NCBI GenBank assembly: GCA_030595835.1
Contig: JAUVLG010000004.1
Coordinates: forward strand, 1-58,124
Direction: 5' to 3'
From: Candidatus Eiseniibacteriota bacterium
GTDB taxonomy: Bacteria; Joyebacterota; Joyebacteria; Joyebacterales; Joyebacteraceae
Length of the DNA: 58,124 nt
Shown here: positions 9,199 through 17,809 of the stretch, piece after piece
Position numbering within the stretch: the stretch's first letter is position 1
How the letters are laid out: each line of letters opens with the position of its first letter
Position numbers and translations under genes: made by a program
Notes under the pieces: model-generated
The model's input: the letters and a program-made list of their open reading frames with translations, nothing else
Told to the model about the DNA's origin: nothing
Databases searched by the model: none

Positions 9199-10005
9199 GT
9201 GGGAGCATTGGGGAATCTGACGGAATCGCTGACCGGCCGACGGGATGCGGTCTTGGAGGGGTTCACGGAGAGCGGCGGACTCCCTGAGACGCTGGCAGCT
9301 GATAAGCGGTACACTGAGATTGAGATCCTGCTGAGGGAAGATTGCAGCACTTGGTCCGTGTCGCCTGATCTCGCGAGGTTGCTCGCGCGCGCCGTCATTG
9401 GTTTGGGGCTCTCCAATGTCCTGGAGTTCGATGCGGGGCTTTCGTCGCTGGTCCTGGCAACATCCCTCTCCCGTCTGTCCGGCGGGAAGCTCACCTCAGT
9501 GGAGCAGAACCTGAGCTGGTGTCGTGACCCGTGGAAGCGCGTGTCCGACCTGGTGAACGTCGACAGTCGAATCGTGGAGTCGAAGCTCAGGTTGTCACTG
9601 AGTGTCATGGGAGTGTGCTATTGCTTCCGGGATGCTGCGGGCATCGGTGCCTCTCGAGGTCCCTACGACCTGGTACTCGTTGACGCTCCACAGGGGTTCT
9701 ACGGGCGCGATGGTGCTCTGCAGATGGCAAGGTGGCATCTCGCGTCCAGAGCGCTCGTCGTCCTTCACGACGCAGGGCGGAGCGGGGAGCGCTGGGCGCT
9801 GTTTCGCAGTCTCGCGACGATACGGGGATACAGGTTACTGTTCTGGGACCCGGAGTTTGGAGGGCGCGGGTGTGCCATCTTGCGCTGGTGCTCAGACCGG
9901 CGGATCCGTCCGAACCTGCTCGCGGTTTCAACGAGCGTCGTCCAGGCGCCTAGATACGCGGGAGGGCGGCGCAGGCGCCACGCCGAGATCGCCGAGTGGA
10001 TGTGA
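9199..10005 (+). CDS. class I methyltransferase-fold protein (degenerate SAM motif)
   Basis: NVLEFDAGLSSLVL (motif I-like, with glycines partly replaced) and YDLVLVDAP (post-II-like, as in the O-MTase 3 / Methyltransf_24 families). GTG start. Confidence 0.4.
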   Translation: MGALGNLTESLTGRRDAVLEGFTESGGLPETLAADKRYTEIEILLREDCSTWSVSPDLARLLARAVIGLGLSNVLEFDAGLSSLVLATSLSRLSGGKLTSVEQNLSWCRDPWKRVSDLVNVDSRIVESKLRLSLSVMGVCYCFRDAAGIGASRGPYDLVLVDAPQGFYGRDGALQMARWHLASRALVVLHDAGRSGERWALFRSLATIRGYRLLFWDPEFGGRGCAILRWCSDRRIRPNLLAVSTSVVQAPRYAGGRRRRHAEIAEWM

Positions 10006-10191
10006 GCTGCGCAGCTGACTGCAACACCTCGAGATCGGAGCTGGTGGATCCGATCTGTCACGATCCCGGAGGCATACGGACGAAGCGCGACCTCCTGAGT
10101 GGGGCCGCGCCTCTATAGCAACTGGTGGTGCCGCTCTGCTCTACTGCTGCCTCGCTACCCTGGTGTCACTGGCCGCCGTGGCCGCTCGCGC

Positions 10192-10890
10192 TCAGCCCGT
10201 GAAGCGGTACCCTATTCCCCGCACCGTCGATATCACCTCGCGTCCCGTCGCGGACGTGAGCTTCGTCCTCAACCTGCTGACTAGGACATCGACGGTCCTG
10301 CCGATGACATCCACATCCTGTCCCCAGACGAGTCGCTTGAGTTCATCGCGTGTGCACGTCCTCTCGCCGTTCAGGGCCAGCGTGTGAAGGAAGCGGAACT
10401 CGCGTTCCGAGAGGTCGATGGGTGCGCCGTCTATCTCGACGGTCAGGTCGCCGGGATCCATCCTGACCGATCCCATCGAGATGGGTTCTGTGAAAAGCTC
10501 CGGGTCCTTGTTGACGGAGAGGTCGAACATCTCATTCACGCGCGTAACCACCTCGTCGACGCTGGACCAGCGGAGGACCGGTTTCTCGATCGCCCCTCCC
10601 ATGAGAATGCAGTCGTCGGCCGCGACGCCGGTGTCGCACACGACGATGGTCCTCACCGGTTCAGACGTACCGTTGGATTCCAGTATCCGCGCGAGGTCCC
10701 TGCCGCCTATGTCCGGCAGGTGGAGTCCCACGACCACAAGGTCCGGGTGCTCCATCTGGACGAAGCGCAGCGCCTCTCTCCCTGATGCTGCTTCCGATGT
10801 TGCATAGCCCGCGCTCCGCAGAGCACGAGCCAGTTGGCTGAGGACGGATGGGTCGCGTTCTGCAATAAGTACCTGCTTCGGAACCGACAT
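10192..10890 (-). CDS. OmpR-family response regulator (REC + winged helix), atypical receiver
   Basis: ATG at 10890 after GGGGAGG. REC-like N-terminus. The C-terminus LSEREFRFLHTLA..VWG..VDVLVSRLRTKL..IxTVRGIGYRF is a Trans_reg_C domain. Confidence 0.8.
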   Translation of the reverse strand: MSVPKQVLIAERDPSVLSQLARALRSAGYATSEAASGREALRFVQMEHPDLVVVGLHLPDIGGRDLARILESNGTSEPVRTIVVCDTGVAADDCILMGGAIEKPVLRWSSVDEVVTRVNEMFDLSVNKDPELFTEPISMGSVRMDPGDLTVEIDGAPIDLSEREFRFLHTLALNGERTCTRDELKRLVWGQDVDVIGRTVDVLVSRLRTKLTSATGREVISTVRGIGYRFTG

Positions 10891-11315
10891 TCTGTGAACC
10901 TCCCCGTGGAGCTGTTTGGCCAGGCACCCTTGTGCCGTGGTCGCCTGGGACATCTGGACAAGATGCAAGGACTGTGCCGAAGAAGACAGGAGAGAAGGGC
11001 TCCGGAATCGGCCGTGTGGAGCCCGGGGAGGCGGCTGGACGGGGTTGCGAGCGGCAGCGACTGATTCACTGATGATGCATGTACTGCACTTTGTGCCGGA
11101 TGTCGCAGCCGTGTGAAGCCCGGTGCAGCGTGCGCCGCGTCGGCGGCCGTGGGGAGTTCGGCTCAGGGGGAGGCGACCAGGTCAGCGGCGCGACCGGTGG
11201 TGCGGACATCGGGGATTTCCCGTATCTGTCCGGTCAATCAAGCGACGGCGGTTGCCCCACCGGTGGTTCCACGCACGGGATGTCGCGCGCCCGGGACTGT
11301 CGCGGGTTCCCGCGC

Positions 11316-11345
11316 TTGACCGGGTGAGCCACCCGGTCTTAGACT
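11316..11345 (+). promoter_or_regulatory. sigma70-type promoter candidate
   Basis: TTGACC-N18-TAGACT, about 110 nt upstream of the ATG at 11457. Confidence 0.35.
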
Positions 11346-11456
11346 CGGCCGTGCGCGAGAAGCAGCGATCCCGACGAGAGGAAGCACAGGTAGCACGAAC
11401 CTGAGGCCGCGGCGCACACGCGCGTGGCCACAGCAACTATGTGTAAGGAGCGGCCG

Positions 11457-12599
11457 ATGAACTGCGTTCGAGGGAAGAAGATCTACACGGGCAAGAAAGT
11501 GGTCGAGGACGCCTACGTGGTGTTCAACGGGAAGAAGATGGTGGGCGTGTCGAAGGAGAAGAAGGGCAAGCTCGTGGGCAGGTTCCCGGTGGTGACACCG
11601 GCGTTCGTGGACCCGCACAGCCACATCGCGATGGTCCGAGCCGGCGAGCCCGGTGCTGAGGCGGAGGCCAACGAGCACATGGACTCCATTCTCGCTGTCC
11701 CCGACGCTCTGGACTCCGTTCAAATGGACGACTCGGCGCTCAAGGACGCGATCGAGGCGGGCGTTTTGTACTCGTGTGTGTTGCCCGGGAGCGGGAACAT
11801 CATCGGCGGGCTCTCGGCCGTCATCAGGCACTACGCAAAGAACACAACGGACGCGCTCGTTGCTCGCGCCGGGATCAAGGCGGCGTTTGGGTACAACCCG
11901 ATGTCGACCGTGGACTGGAAGGGCAAACGGCCGTCGACGCGCATGGGCGCGCTGGCAATCCTGCGCTCCAAACTCACCGATGTCTCGCAGAAGATGGCGA
12001 AGCACAAGAGGGCCAAGGGCGTGAAGAAGCAGGAGGTTACGTTCAGCGCGGAGGAGGCGGTGCTGCGCGACGTGCTCTCCCGGAAGCACGTGCTTCGCGT
12101 GCACGTGCACAAGATAGACGACATCGCGGCTCTGCTCCGGATCGTCGATGAGTTCAAGCTGAAGGTGATTGTCGAGCACGCATGCGACGTGCACGAGCCA
12201 GAGATCTTCGCGGAGCTCAAGAGGCGCGGTATCCCCGTTCTCTACGGGCCGATCGAGTCGCTTGCATACAAGGTGGAGCTCAAGCACGAGAACTGGCGCA
12301 ACATCCGCCACCTCATTGAATCGGGCGTCGAGTACGGGCTCATGACGGACAATCCCGTCAATCTCACGAGACTGCTCTTCCTGCAGACACGGTGGTTCAC
12401 GCGACTGGGGCTCTCCAAGCAGCAGGCGATCGAGCTGGTTTCCCGCAAGAACGCGGAGCTGATAGGTCTTGGCAACATCCTGGGGACGCTGGACCGCGGC
12501 AAGTGGGCATCGTTCACGTGCTGGAACGGGGACCCCTTCGATATCACCTCCTATCCGATTGCGGTCTACGGTGAGGGAGAGCTGCTTTTCTCCGAGTGA
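11457..12599 (+). CDS. metal-dependent amidohydrolase family protein
   Basis: AAGGAG RBS 6 nt upstream. PAFVDPHSHI (HxH metal motif) and the length are typical of the amidohydrolase superfamily. Confidence 0.7.
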   Translation: MNCVRGKKIYTGKKVVEDAYVVFNGKKMVGVSKEKKGKLVGRFPVVTPAFVDPHSHIAMVRAGEPGAEAEANEHMDSILAVPDALDSVQMDDSALKDAIEAGVLYSCVLPGSGNIIGGLSAVIRHYAKNTTDALVARAGIKAAFGYNPMSTVDWKGKRPSTRMGALAILRSKLTDVSQKMAKHKRAKGVKKQEVTFSAEEAVLRDVLSRKHVLRVHVHKIDDIAALLRIVDEFKLKVIVEHACDVHEPEIFAELKRRGIPVLYGPIESLAYKVELKHENWRNIRHLIESGVEYGLMTDNPVNLTRLLFLQTRWFTRLGLSKQQAIELVSRKNAELIGLGNILGTLDRGKWASFTCWNGDPFDITSYPIAVYGEGELLFSE

Positions 12600-12663
12600 A
12601 GGGGGCGCACGGAGTGCACGTTTGGGCGGACCGGGGCCGTGACCCCGGTCCAGCGGGGGTGCC

Positions 12664-13563
12664 ATGAGCCGGCAGCGTTGGGCCTATCTCCACGCGATCG
12701 GGGCCGTGTTGTTGTGGTCGACCGTGGCCTCGGCCTTCAAGCTCTCGCTGCGGTACCTGGACTACGCTCAGCTGCTTCTCTACTCGTCGATAGTGGCGAC
12801 GCTCTTCCTGGGCGCTGTCCTTGCGGTGACGCACCGCCTCGGACGCGTCTTCCCGTGTTCGCGGCGAGAGTGCCTCAAGTCCGTGGGGTTGGGGTTCCTC
12901 AATCCGTTTCTGTACTACGCCGTGCTGTTCAAGGCCTACGCTCTCCTGCCGGCCCAGGTCGCGCAGCCGCTGAACTACACGTGGGCCATCGCTCTGGCGC
13001 TTCTCTCGGTACCCATCCTCAAGCAGAGGATCGGAGCGCGGGACATCGTGGGCGGACTGATCTGCTACGCGGGCGTCCTGGTCATCGCCACGGGAGGGGA
13101 CCTCTTTTCGTTCGGGGTGGTGAGCCCCCTTGGCGTGGCGCTGGCACTGGGCAGCACGGTCGTGTGGGCCCTCTACTGGATCTACAATACGAGGGACGAC
13201 CGCGACCCCGCCGAGCGGCTCTTCCTGAACTTCGTGTTCGGGCTGCCGTTCGTCCTCATCTACTGCCTCGTGTTCTCCGATGTTCGAGTGGCGAATCCCC
13301 TCGGGTTCGTTGGGGCGGCGTACGTCGGGCTGGTGGAGATGGGCGTGGCGTTCGTGCTGTGGTTGTCCGCGCTCAGGCTGTCCGAGACCACTGCCAAGGT
13401 GGGTAATCTCATCTTCTTCTCACCGTTCGTGTCTCTGCTTTTCATCAGGACGTTCGTGGGGGAGGACATCCGCACGGCGACAGTCGTGGGACTCGTGCTG
13501 GTTGTGGCCGGGATCGCGTTCCAGGGGGTGGGGAGGCGAAGCTCGCAAATCTCACGGCAGTGA
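12664..13563 (+). CDS. EamA/DMT-family transporter
   Basis: About ten TM helices in two EamA-like halves. N-terminus AVLLWSTVASAFKLSLRYL. Confidence 0.75.
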   Translation: MSRQRWAYLHAIGAVLLWSTVASAFKLSLRYLDYAQLLLYSSIVATLFLGAVLAVTHRLGRVFPCSRRECLKSVGLGFLNPFLYYAVLFKAYALLPAQVAQPLNYTWAIALALLSVPILKQRIGARDIVGGLICYAGVLVIATGGDLFSFGVVSPLGVALALGSTVVWALYWIYNTRDDRDPAERLFLNFVFGLPFVLIYCLVFSDVRVANPLGFVGAAYVGLVEMGVAFVLWLSALRLSETTAKVGNLIFFSPFVSLLFIRTFVGEDIRTATVVGLVLVVAGIAFQGVGRRSSQISRQ

Positions 13564-13702
13564 GCGACGTCCGACGTGGGTCTGAATCTGAATGTGCACA
13601 GCGAGTTCTACGGGCAGTCCGGGTCCGCGGTGGTCTTGGATCCTGGCAGCGGGCGCGCGCGGAGCCGCCTGCTGCAAACGGTGGCACAACAACGGGGGTG
13701 AC

Positions 13703-14449
13703 ATGGCCGTACGGAAACTGATCGTGATAGACGAGGAGAAGTGCGATGGCTGCGGCCTGTGCGCCACGGCGTGCCACGAGGGCGCCATTCAGATCATCGA
13801 CGGGAAGGCGAAGCTCATCAGCGAATCCTACTGCGACGGGCTGGGCGACTGCATCGGAGAGTGTCCGCGGGATGCGATCACCATCGAGGAGCGTGAGGGG
13901 GCCGCGTATGACCAGGCGGCCGTCGATGCTCACCTCGCCCGCGTGACGGCGGAGACGAAGGAGCAGCAGCCGGAGCCCGCGAGCTGTGCGTGTCCCGGAG
14001 CGGCCGTCCAGAGCTTCGAATCTCAGGCCGAGTCCGGTGGGGACGCCGCCGATCGGCCATCGCGCCTCGAGCAGTGGCCCGTTCTCCTGAATCTGGTCCC
14101 GACGAGCGCCCCGTTCCTGAAGGGCGCAGAATTGCTCATCAGCGCGGACTGCGTCGCCTACGCGACGGCCAACTTCCACGAGCACTACCTTGTCGGCAAG
14201 ACACTCGTGGTCGGATGTCCCAAGTTCGACGACCTGCAGCACTACTACGAGAAACTCAAGGTCATATTCGCGGAGGCGCAGCCGCGCTCGATCAGCGTGG
14301 TCAGGATGCAGGTTCCCTGCTGCGGTGGTCTCCCCAATGTCGTGATCCGGGCGAGGAATGAGACGGTGCCCGACACGGAACTTTCCATCACGACGATAGG
14401 GATAAAGGGGGAAGAGGTGAGCGTGGAGGCGGTTCCTCCCGCCGCGTGA
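13703..14449 (+). CDS. 4Fe-4S dicluster domain protein
   Basis: CDGCGLCATAC and CDGLGDCIGEC cluster motifs at the N-terminus, plus a Cys-rich C-terminal domain (VGCPKF..VPCCGG). Confidence 0.7.
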   Translation: MAVRKLIVIDEEKCDGCGLCATACHEGAIQIIDGKAKLISESYCDGLGDCIGECPRDAITIEEREGAAYDQAAVDAHLARVTAETKEQQPEPASCACPGAAVQSFESQAESGGDAADRPSRLEQWPVLLNLVPTSAPFLKGAELLISADCVAYATANFHEHYLVGKTLVVGCPKFDDLQHYYEKLKVIFAEAQPRSISVVRMQVPCCGGLPNVVIRARNETVPDTELSITTIGIKGEEVSVEAVPPAA

Positions 14450-14468
14450 CGGCAGGGGCGTCTTCCTT

Positions 14469-15752
14469 CTACACGCGGGAGGACGGTCGTCGCCGCCGCG
14501 ATAGAGTGAGGCCGACCGCGACCGCGGCCGCGACGGCGGCGACGGAACAGGCCACGACGAGGATGGCAAGTGCGAGCCGGCGCGGAGTCCGGTCCGGCCC
14601 GGGTGCTGAATTTGCTGGACTCTCGGGTTCCGCGTCGTCCGTGGCCAGCCACCTCACGACGCTTGCCAGGAGCTCGGCGTTTCCAGGAAGCTGAGCGGCC
14701 AGGTCGTCTCTGAACATCATCGAGCCGCCGAAGACGACCATCCTGGTCGGCACGCTTGTTTCGATCATCCCTTCCGGCTCGACGAACCTGACGCTTCCGC
14801 CGCTCTGCACGATCACCCTCTGTCCGGCGAACGCGCTCTTGAAGATGCCCTCCACGGCGATGGCAATCGGAAACCCCAACTCATCTGCGATGCGGTGGAC
14901 GTCGTCGAACTCCTCCGGCGTTTCGAAACTCCGTTCTGGGTCCAGGTCGGCGAACGCCGACACGGTCCACGAGTCAGAGGACGATCTGAGGAGCACGGAT
15001 TCCTCGACGCCTCCTGCTCCGACGCGCCGCGTGGTTATCGATGAGGTCCAGGCGAGTGAGACGCTCGTGATGCCGGACACCACCGCGTGTGTTTCGGCGA
15101 TGTTGGGTGTGCGAACGACAGGCCAGTACGGATAGAAAGAGGACGTGCTGATGTCGCCCCAGGTCGCGCTGCCCGCGCACGACCGGTCGATCACGAGGTC
15201 GGGGTTGACGACGATACCGTAGACGCTGAGGAAACCGAAGATGTTGCCCTCAGAGAGATTCGCCTGGGAGCCCGTCTGCGGGACGACGGCGCCGTCCAAC
15301 AGAAACGCAACGCGCCCTCCACGCATCAGGAACTGGTCAAGCTCGTACAACTCCGCGTCCGGGATGTCAGGACCTCCCGCGACGATGATGACGCCGATAC
15401 CGCTCAGGGCGGAGGGGCCCTCCGAGAGGCGCACGTCCGCAACGGTGTGCGCCCGGCGCAGCTCCTCAGCGACACCGGAGAACTGCCCGTCCAGACTGGG
15501 CTCGCCGTGCCCCGTCACGAAGCCGACAACGGTTCGACCGCGGGCGGCGCGGCCCTCTGTCACCGAGGCCGGTGTGGCATCACGATCGGCAGCGAGCACT
15601 GAGCAGGGCGGACCGAGGGTCGTCGCAGCCACGACGGCAAGTGCGAGGGTGGTGCGCACCGCCAACACGATGGCTCGGGCGCGGCGCACATCGGGACGAA
15701 GGCGTCGAGTCGAGCCACGGCGAGCGATTTTCTTTCTGTCGCGCGGTGCCAT
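14469..15752 (-). CDS. GldG-like ABC-transporter auxiliary (ABC_transp_aux) protein, membrane anchored
   Basis: VVGFVTGHGEP motif. N-terminal and C-terminal TM segments (..LAILVVACSVAAVAAAVAVGL). ATG at 15752 with a GGGGAG RBS. No gldA/gldF lies next to it. Confidence 0.55.
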   Translation of the reverse strand: MAPRDRKKIARRGSTRRLRPDVRRARAIVLAVRTTLALAVVAATTLGPPCSVLAADRDATPASVTEGRAARGRTVVGFVTGHGEPSLDGQFSGVAEELRRAHTVADVRLSEGPSALSGIGVIIVAGGPDIPDAELYELDQFLMRGGRVAFLLDGAVVPQTGSQANLSEGNIFGFLSVYGIVVNPDLVIDRSCAGSATWGDISTSSFYPYWPVVRTPNIAETHAVVSGITSVSLAWTSSITTRRVGAGGVEESVLLRSSSDSWTVSAFADLDPERSFETPEEFDDVHRIADELGFPIAIAVEGIFKSAFAGQRVIVQSGGSVRFVEPEGMIETSVPTRMVVFGGSMMFRDDLAAQLPGNAELLASVVRWLATDDAEPESPANSAPGPDRTPRRLALAILVVACSVAAVAAAVAVGLTLSRRRRPSSRV

Positions 15753-15913
15753 CGGAGGTGCTCCCCGCTGGATTTCCAGCGTAGACATAACGTGTTTATA
15801 ACTGATGAGCCCGCACCGCGCAAGCGACTTGCGGTGATGTGCACTCAACAACATGTGCCGGTCGCGCTGGCGCGGACACGGGGCCGTCCGCGGTTCCCCG
15901 ATCGGGAAACGAC

Positions 15914-15942
15914 TTGACCGCGCGGGAGCGGCGTGCTAATAC
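15914..15942 (+). promoter_or_regulatory. sigma70-type promoter candidate with no CDS downstream
   Basis: TTGACC-N17-TAATAC with a TGc extension, inside a 650-bp non-coding gap. Confidence 0.4.
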
Positions 15943-15948
15943 TATGAG

Positions 15949-16148
15949 CGTCCCCACTGCGTAAGTTACAGAGCGTCCGGAATCCCACACGTCATCGCTG
16001 GTGCATCCTTGAAGCGGAACGGCGGCGCTGTGATGGAAACGAATGTTGCGAATCTCGGTCCTCACGAGATCACCCGGGCGAATCTCTCGGTGATCAGAAT
16101 CTCTCTGCTGCGTCGCGACTCCAACAGAACGGGGTCGCGCTTTGTTTT
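15949..16148 (+). ncRNA. candidate ~200-nt small RNA of unknown class
   Basis: Bounded by the promoter at 15914-15942 and the intrinsic terminator at 16114-16148. Internal hairpins: ATCTCG-N7-CGAGAT and GATCACC-N14-GGTGATC. No credible ORF. Confidence 0.3.
16114..16148 (+). terminator. intrinsic terminator
   Basis: 9-bp stem CGCGACTCC / GGGGTCGCG (one G-U pair), 8-nt loop, followed by CTTTGTTTTG. Confidence 0.6.
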
Positions 16149-16368
16149 GCACGCGGGGTGTGCGGACTCACTCGGAAGAGGGAACACGCAGAAACTACGA
16201 CACTGATGAGCGGGCGACCTTCGGGTCGGACCAGAGTTCAGCAGAACATAGATTGGCCTCTGGGGGTACGTCGAGAGAAGACGGGCTAAAAATAGGTGCC
16301 AAGACTAGCGTCAGCCGCAGCCCAACTCCTACCCTTGACCGTTCCTCCGGAGGCCTTACTGCGTCCAG

Positions 16369-16407
16369 CCCGCGCGGGCGGCCCGGTTGTGAGGCCCGGC
16401 GGGTTTT
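16369..16407 (+). terminator. intrinsic terminator-like hairpin
   Basis: CCCGC(G)CGGGC ... GCCCGGCGGG (10 bp, one bulge) followed by TTTT. No CDS ends upstream of it. Confidence 0.45.
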
Positions 16408-16457
16408 CTCATTGCTGCGGCACTGCGGGACACGCGCCGTGACCCGCCCATTAAGTG

Positions 16458-16486
16458 TTGCCTGCCGGTAGTGCCTTGGCTATTCT
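16458..16486 (+). promoter_or_regulatory. sigma70-type promoter candidate for the rubrerythrin-like operon
   Basis: TTGCCT-N17-TATTCT, about 20 nt upstream of the GTG at 16505. Confidence 0.4.
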
Positions 16487-16504
16487 GTTCGGGTCGGAGA
16501 CCAG

Positions 16505-16834
16505 GTGGTGCTGGCTGGGAGGGGGTATCGCACGAAGAAGGATCTTTTCGATGAGATTGTCCAATTCGTCATCGACGGCGAGCAGGAGGCCGTGGATGCT
16601 TACACGACAGCCAGCGAGATAGTCACCAGGGCGAACGTGAAGAGCATGCTCCTGGATCTGGCCGGGCAGGAGCAGATGCACAAGGAGAGGGCGCACAACC
16701 TCTACTCGACTCTCGCATCGAACACAGATGATGCGGAGCTCAAGAAGGTGTTCGAGGTCCTGGCACAGGAAGAGGCGGGCCACAAGCTCGCGCTCGAGAA
16801 CGAATGCGACGAACACGTTCTGACCGATAACTAG
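16505..16834 (+). CDS. ferritin-like (rubrerythrin-family) diiron domain protein
   Basis: Two ExxH motifs (GQEQMHKE, QEEAGHKL) in a predicted helical 109-aa protein. Confidence 0.6.
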   Translation: MVLAGRGYRTKKDLFDEIVQFVIDGEQEAVDAYTTASEIVTRANVKSMLLDLAGQEQMHKERAHNLYSTLASNTDDAELKKVFEVLAQEEAGHKLALENECDEHVLTDN

Positions 16835-16871
16835 GACGCACGACGACGTTCCCGCAGTCCGGAGGTTCCTT

Positions 16872-17387
16872 ATGATCGAGTACCTGAACGAGGATGAGGT
16901 CTACCGCGTCGGCATGTGCATCGAGGAGGCAGGCCTCGATTTCTACACCAGAATGGCTGAGAAGGCGGACGACCAGGCTACCAAACGGATCTTCCGCCGT
17001 CTCGCGAGAGACGAGAAGGAGCATCTCGCGTTCTTCGAGTCTCTCGAGATCAAGACCGCCAAGGGTCTGGGTTCCAGTCCTGTAGAACACGATGCCGATG
17101 TGTCCAGGTACGTCTGCTCACTCGTGGACGGAGGTATCTTCTCCAGCCTTGGCAAGATGGAGAAGCTGGCGCGTAGCAAGTTCAACCCCGAGAGAGCGCT
17201 GGAGCTTGCGCTCTCGGTGGAGAAGGACGCCGTCCTCTACTATATAGAGGCGCTCTCCGCCACCAGGAAGCGCTCGACGCGTCAGGCGCTCTCCCGGCTC
17301 ATCGACGAGGAGAAGAGCCACGTTGTGCAGATATCGACGAGACTTGCGAATCTGAGGAAGAAGAAAGCGCGCGAGGCTAGGAAGTGA
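16872..17387 (+). CDS. rubrerythrin-family ferritin-like protein
   Basis: GGAGG RBS. EEAGLDFY..LARDEKEHLAFF and EKDAVLYY..IDEEKSHV are paired E..ExxH diiron motifs. Confidence 0.7.
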   Translation: MIEYLNEDEVYRVGMCIEEAGLDFYTRMAEKADDQATKRIFRRLARDEKEHLAFFESLEIKTAKGLGSSPVEHDADVSRYVCSLVDGGIFSSLGKMEKLARSKFNPERALELALSVEKDAVLYYIEALSATRKRSTRQALSRLIDEEKSHVVQISTRLANLRKKKAREARK

Positions 17388-17402
17388 TCGGAGGGTACCC
17401 AA

Positions 17403-17561
17403 TTGAAAAAATACAAGTGTGCTCTGTGTGGCTACATCTACGATCCTGCGGTGGGAGATCCCGATGGTGGCGTCGAGCCGAACACCGCATTTGGCGACGT
17501 TCCTGACGGCTGGGTCTGCCCGGTCTGTGGGGCTGGCAAGGACCAGTTCGAGGAAGTGTAG
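17403..17561 (+). CDS. rubredoxin (52 aa, absent from the ORF track)
   Basis: TTG start 7 nt after [57 protein letters not shown] carries both CxxCG knuckles and the rubredoxin core. Confidence 0.85.
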   Translation: MKKYKCALCGYIYDPAVGDPDGGVEPNTAFGDVPDGWVCPVCGAGKDQFEEV

Positions 17562-17689
17562 TTGCAGGAGCCAATGGCGGCAGCGGAGCCCGGCCTGAAG
17601 ACGGTCGGGCCCCGTTGCGTACCCACCGCTTGCCGGTCTGCGGCTCTGCCGCCACTCCTGTCGGCAGCTCGCGGGGTCCGGGTTTGCCG

Positions 17690-17719
17690 TTGCCCCTCCC
17701 TCCAACCTTCCGGTAGAAT
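17690..17719 (+). promoter_or_regulatory. sigma70-type promoter candidate
   Basis: TTGCCC-N18-TAGAAT, about 90 nt upstream of the ATG at 17810. Confidence 0.45.
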
Positions 17720-17809
17720 CTCAATATCACCCCTGCTAGGAAGAATGCCCTTTTGGTCGTCACGGCTCGGGTCGCGACGCGCCTTCCAGCCCCGATGGAG
17801 GATATCTGC

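Noticed and set aside
11238-12665. 475-aa minus-strand ORF opposite the amidohydrolase gene
   Set aside because: It is a mirror ORF. The plus strand carries an AAGGAG RBS and the HxH amidohydrolase motif. The minus-strand product is Arg/Leu/Pro-rich with no motif.
15855-16504. Tested whether the non-coding gap is tmRNA, RNase P RNA, SRP RNA or a yybP-ykoY-type riboswitch
   Set aside because: By eye there is no tRNA-like acceptor/T-arm or ..CCACCA end. There is no GAGGAAAGUCCGGGC-type RNase P core and no SRP domain IV motif. GGGGGUACGUCG superficially resembles the Mn-riboswitch GGGGAGUAGCGUCG, but the other conserved elements are in the wrong order. The region is left unclassified.
16505-17387. 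Ferritin-like/rubrerythrin proteins as encapsulin cargo
   Set aside because: No HK97-fold shell gene is adjacent and no recognisable C-terminal targeting peptide is present. The following gene is a rubredoxin, which fits ordinary peroxide/oxygen detoxification.
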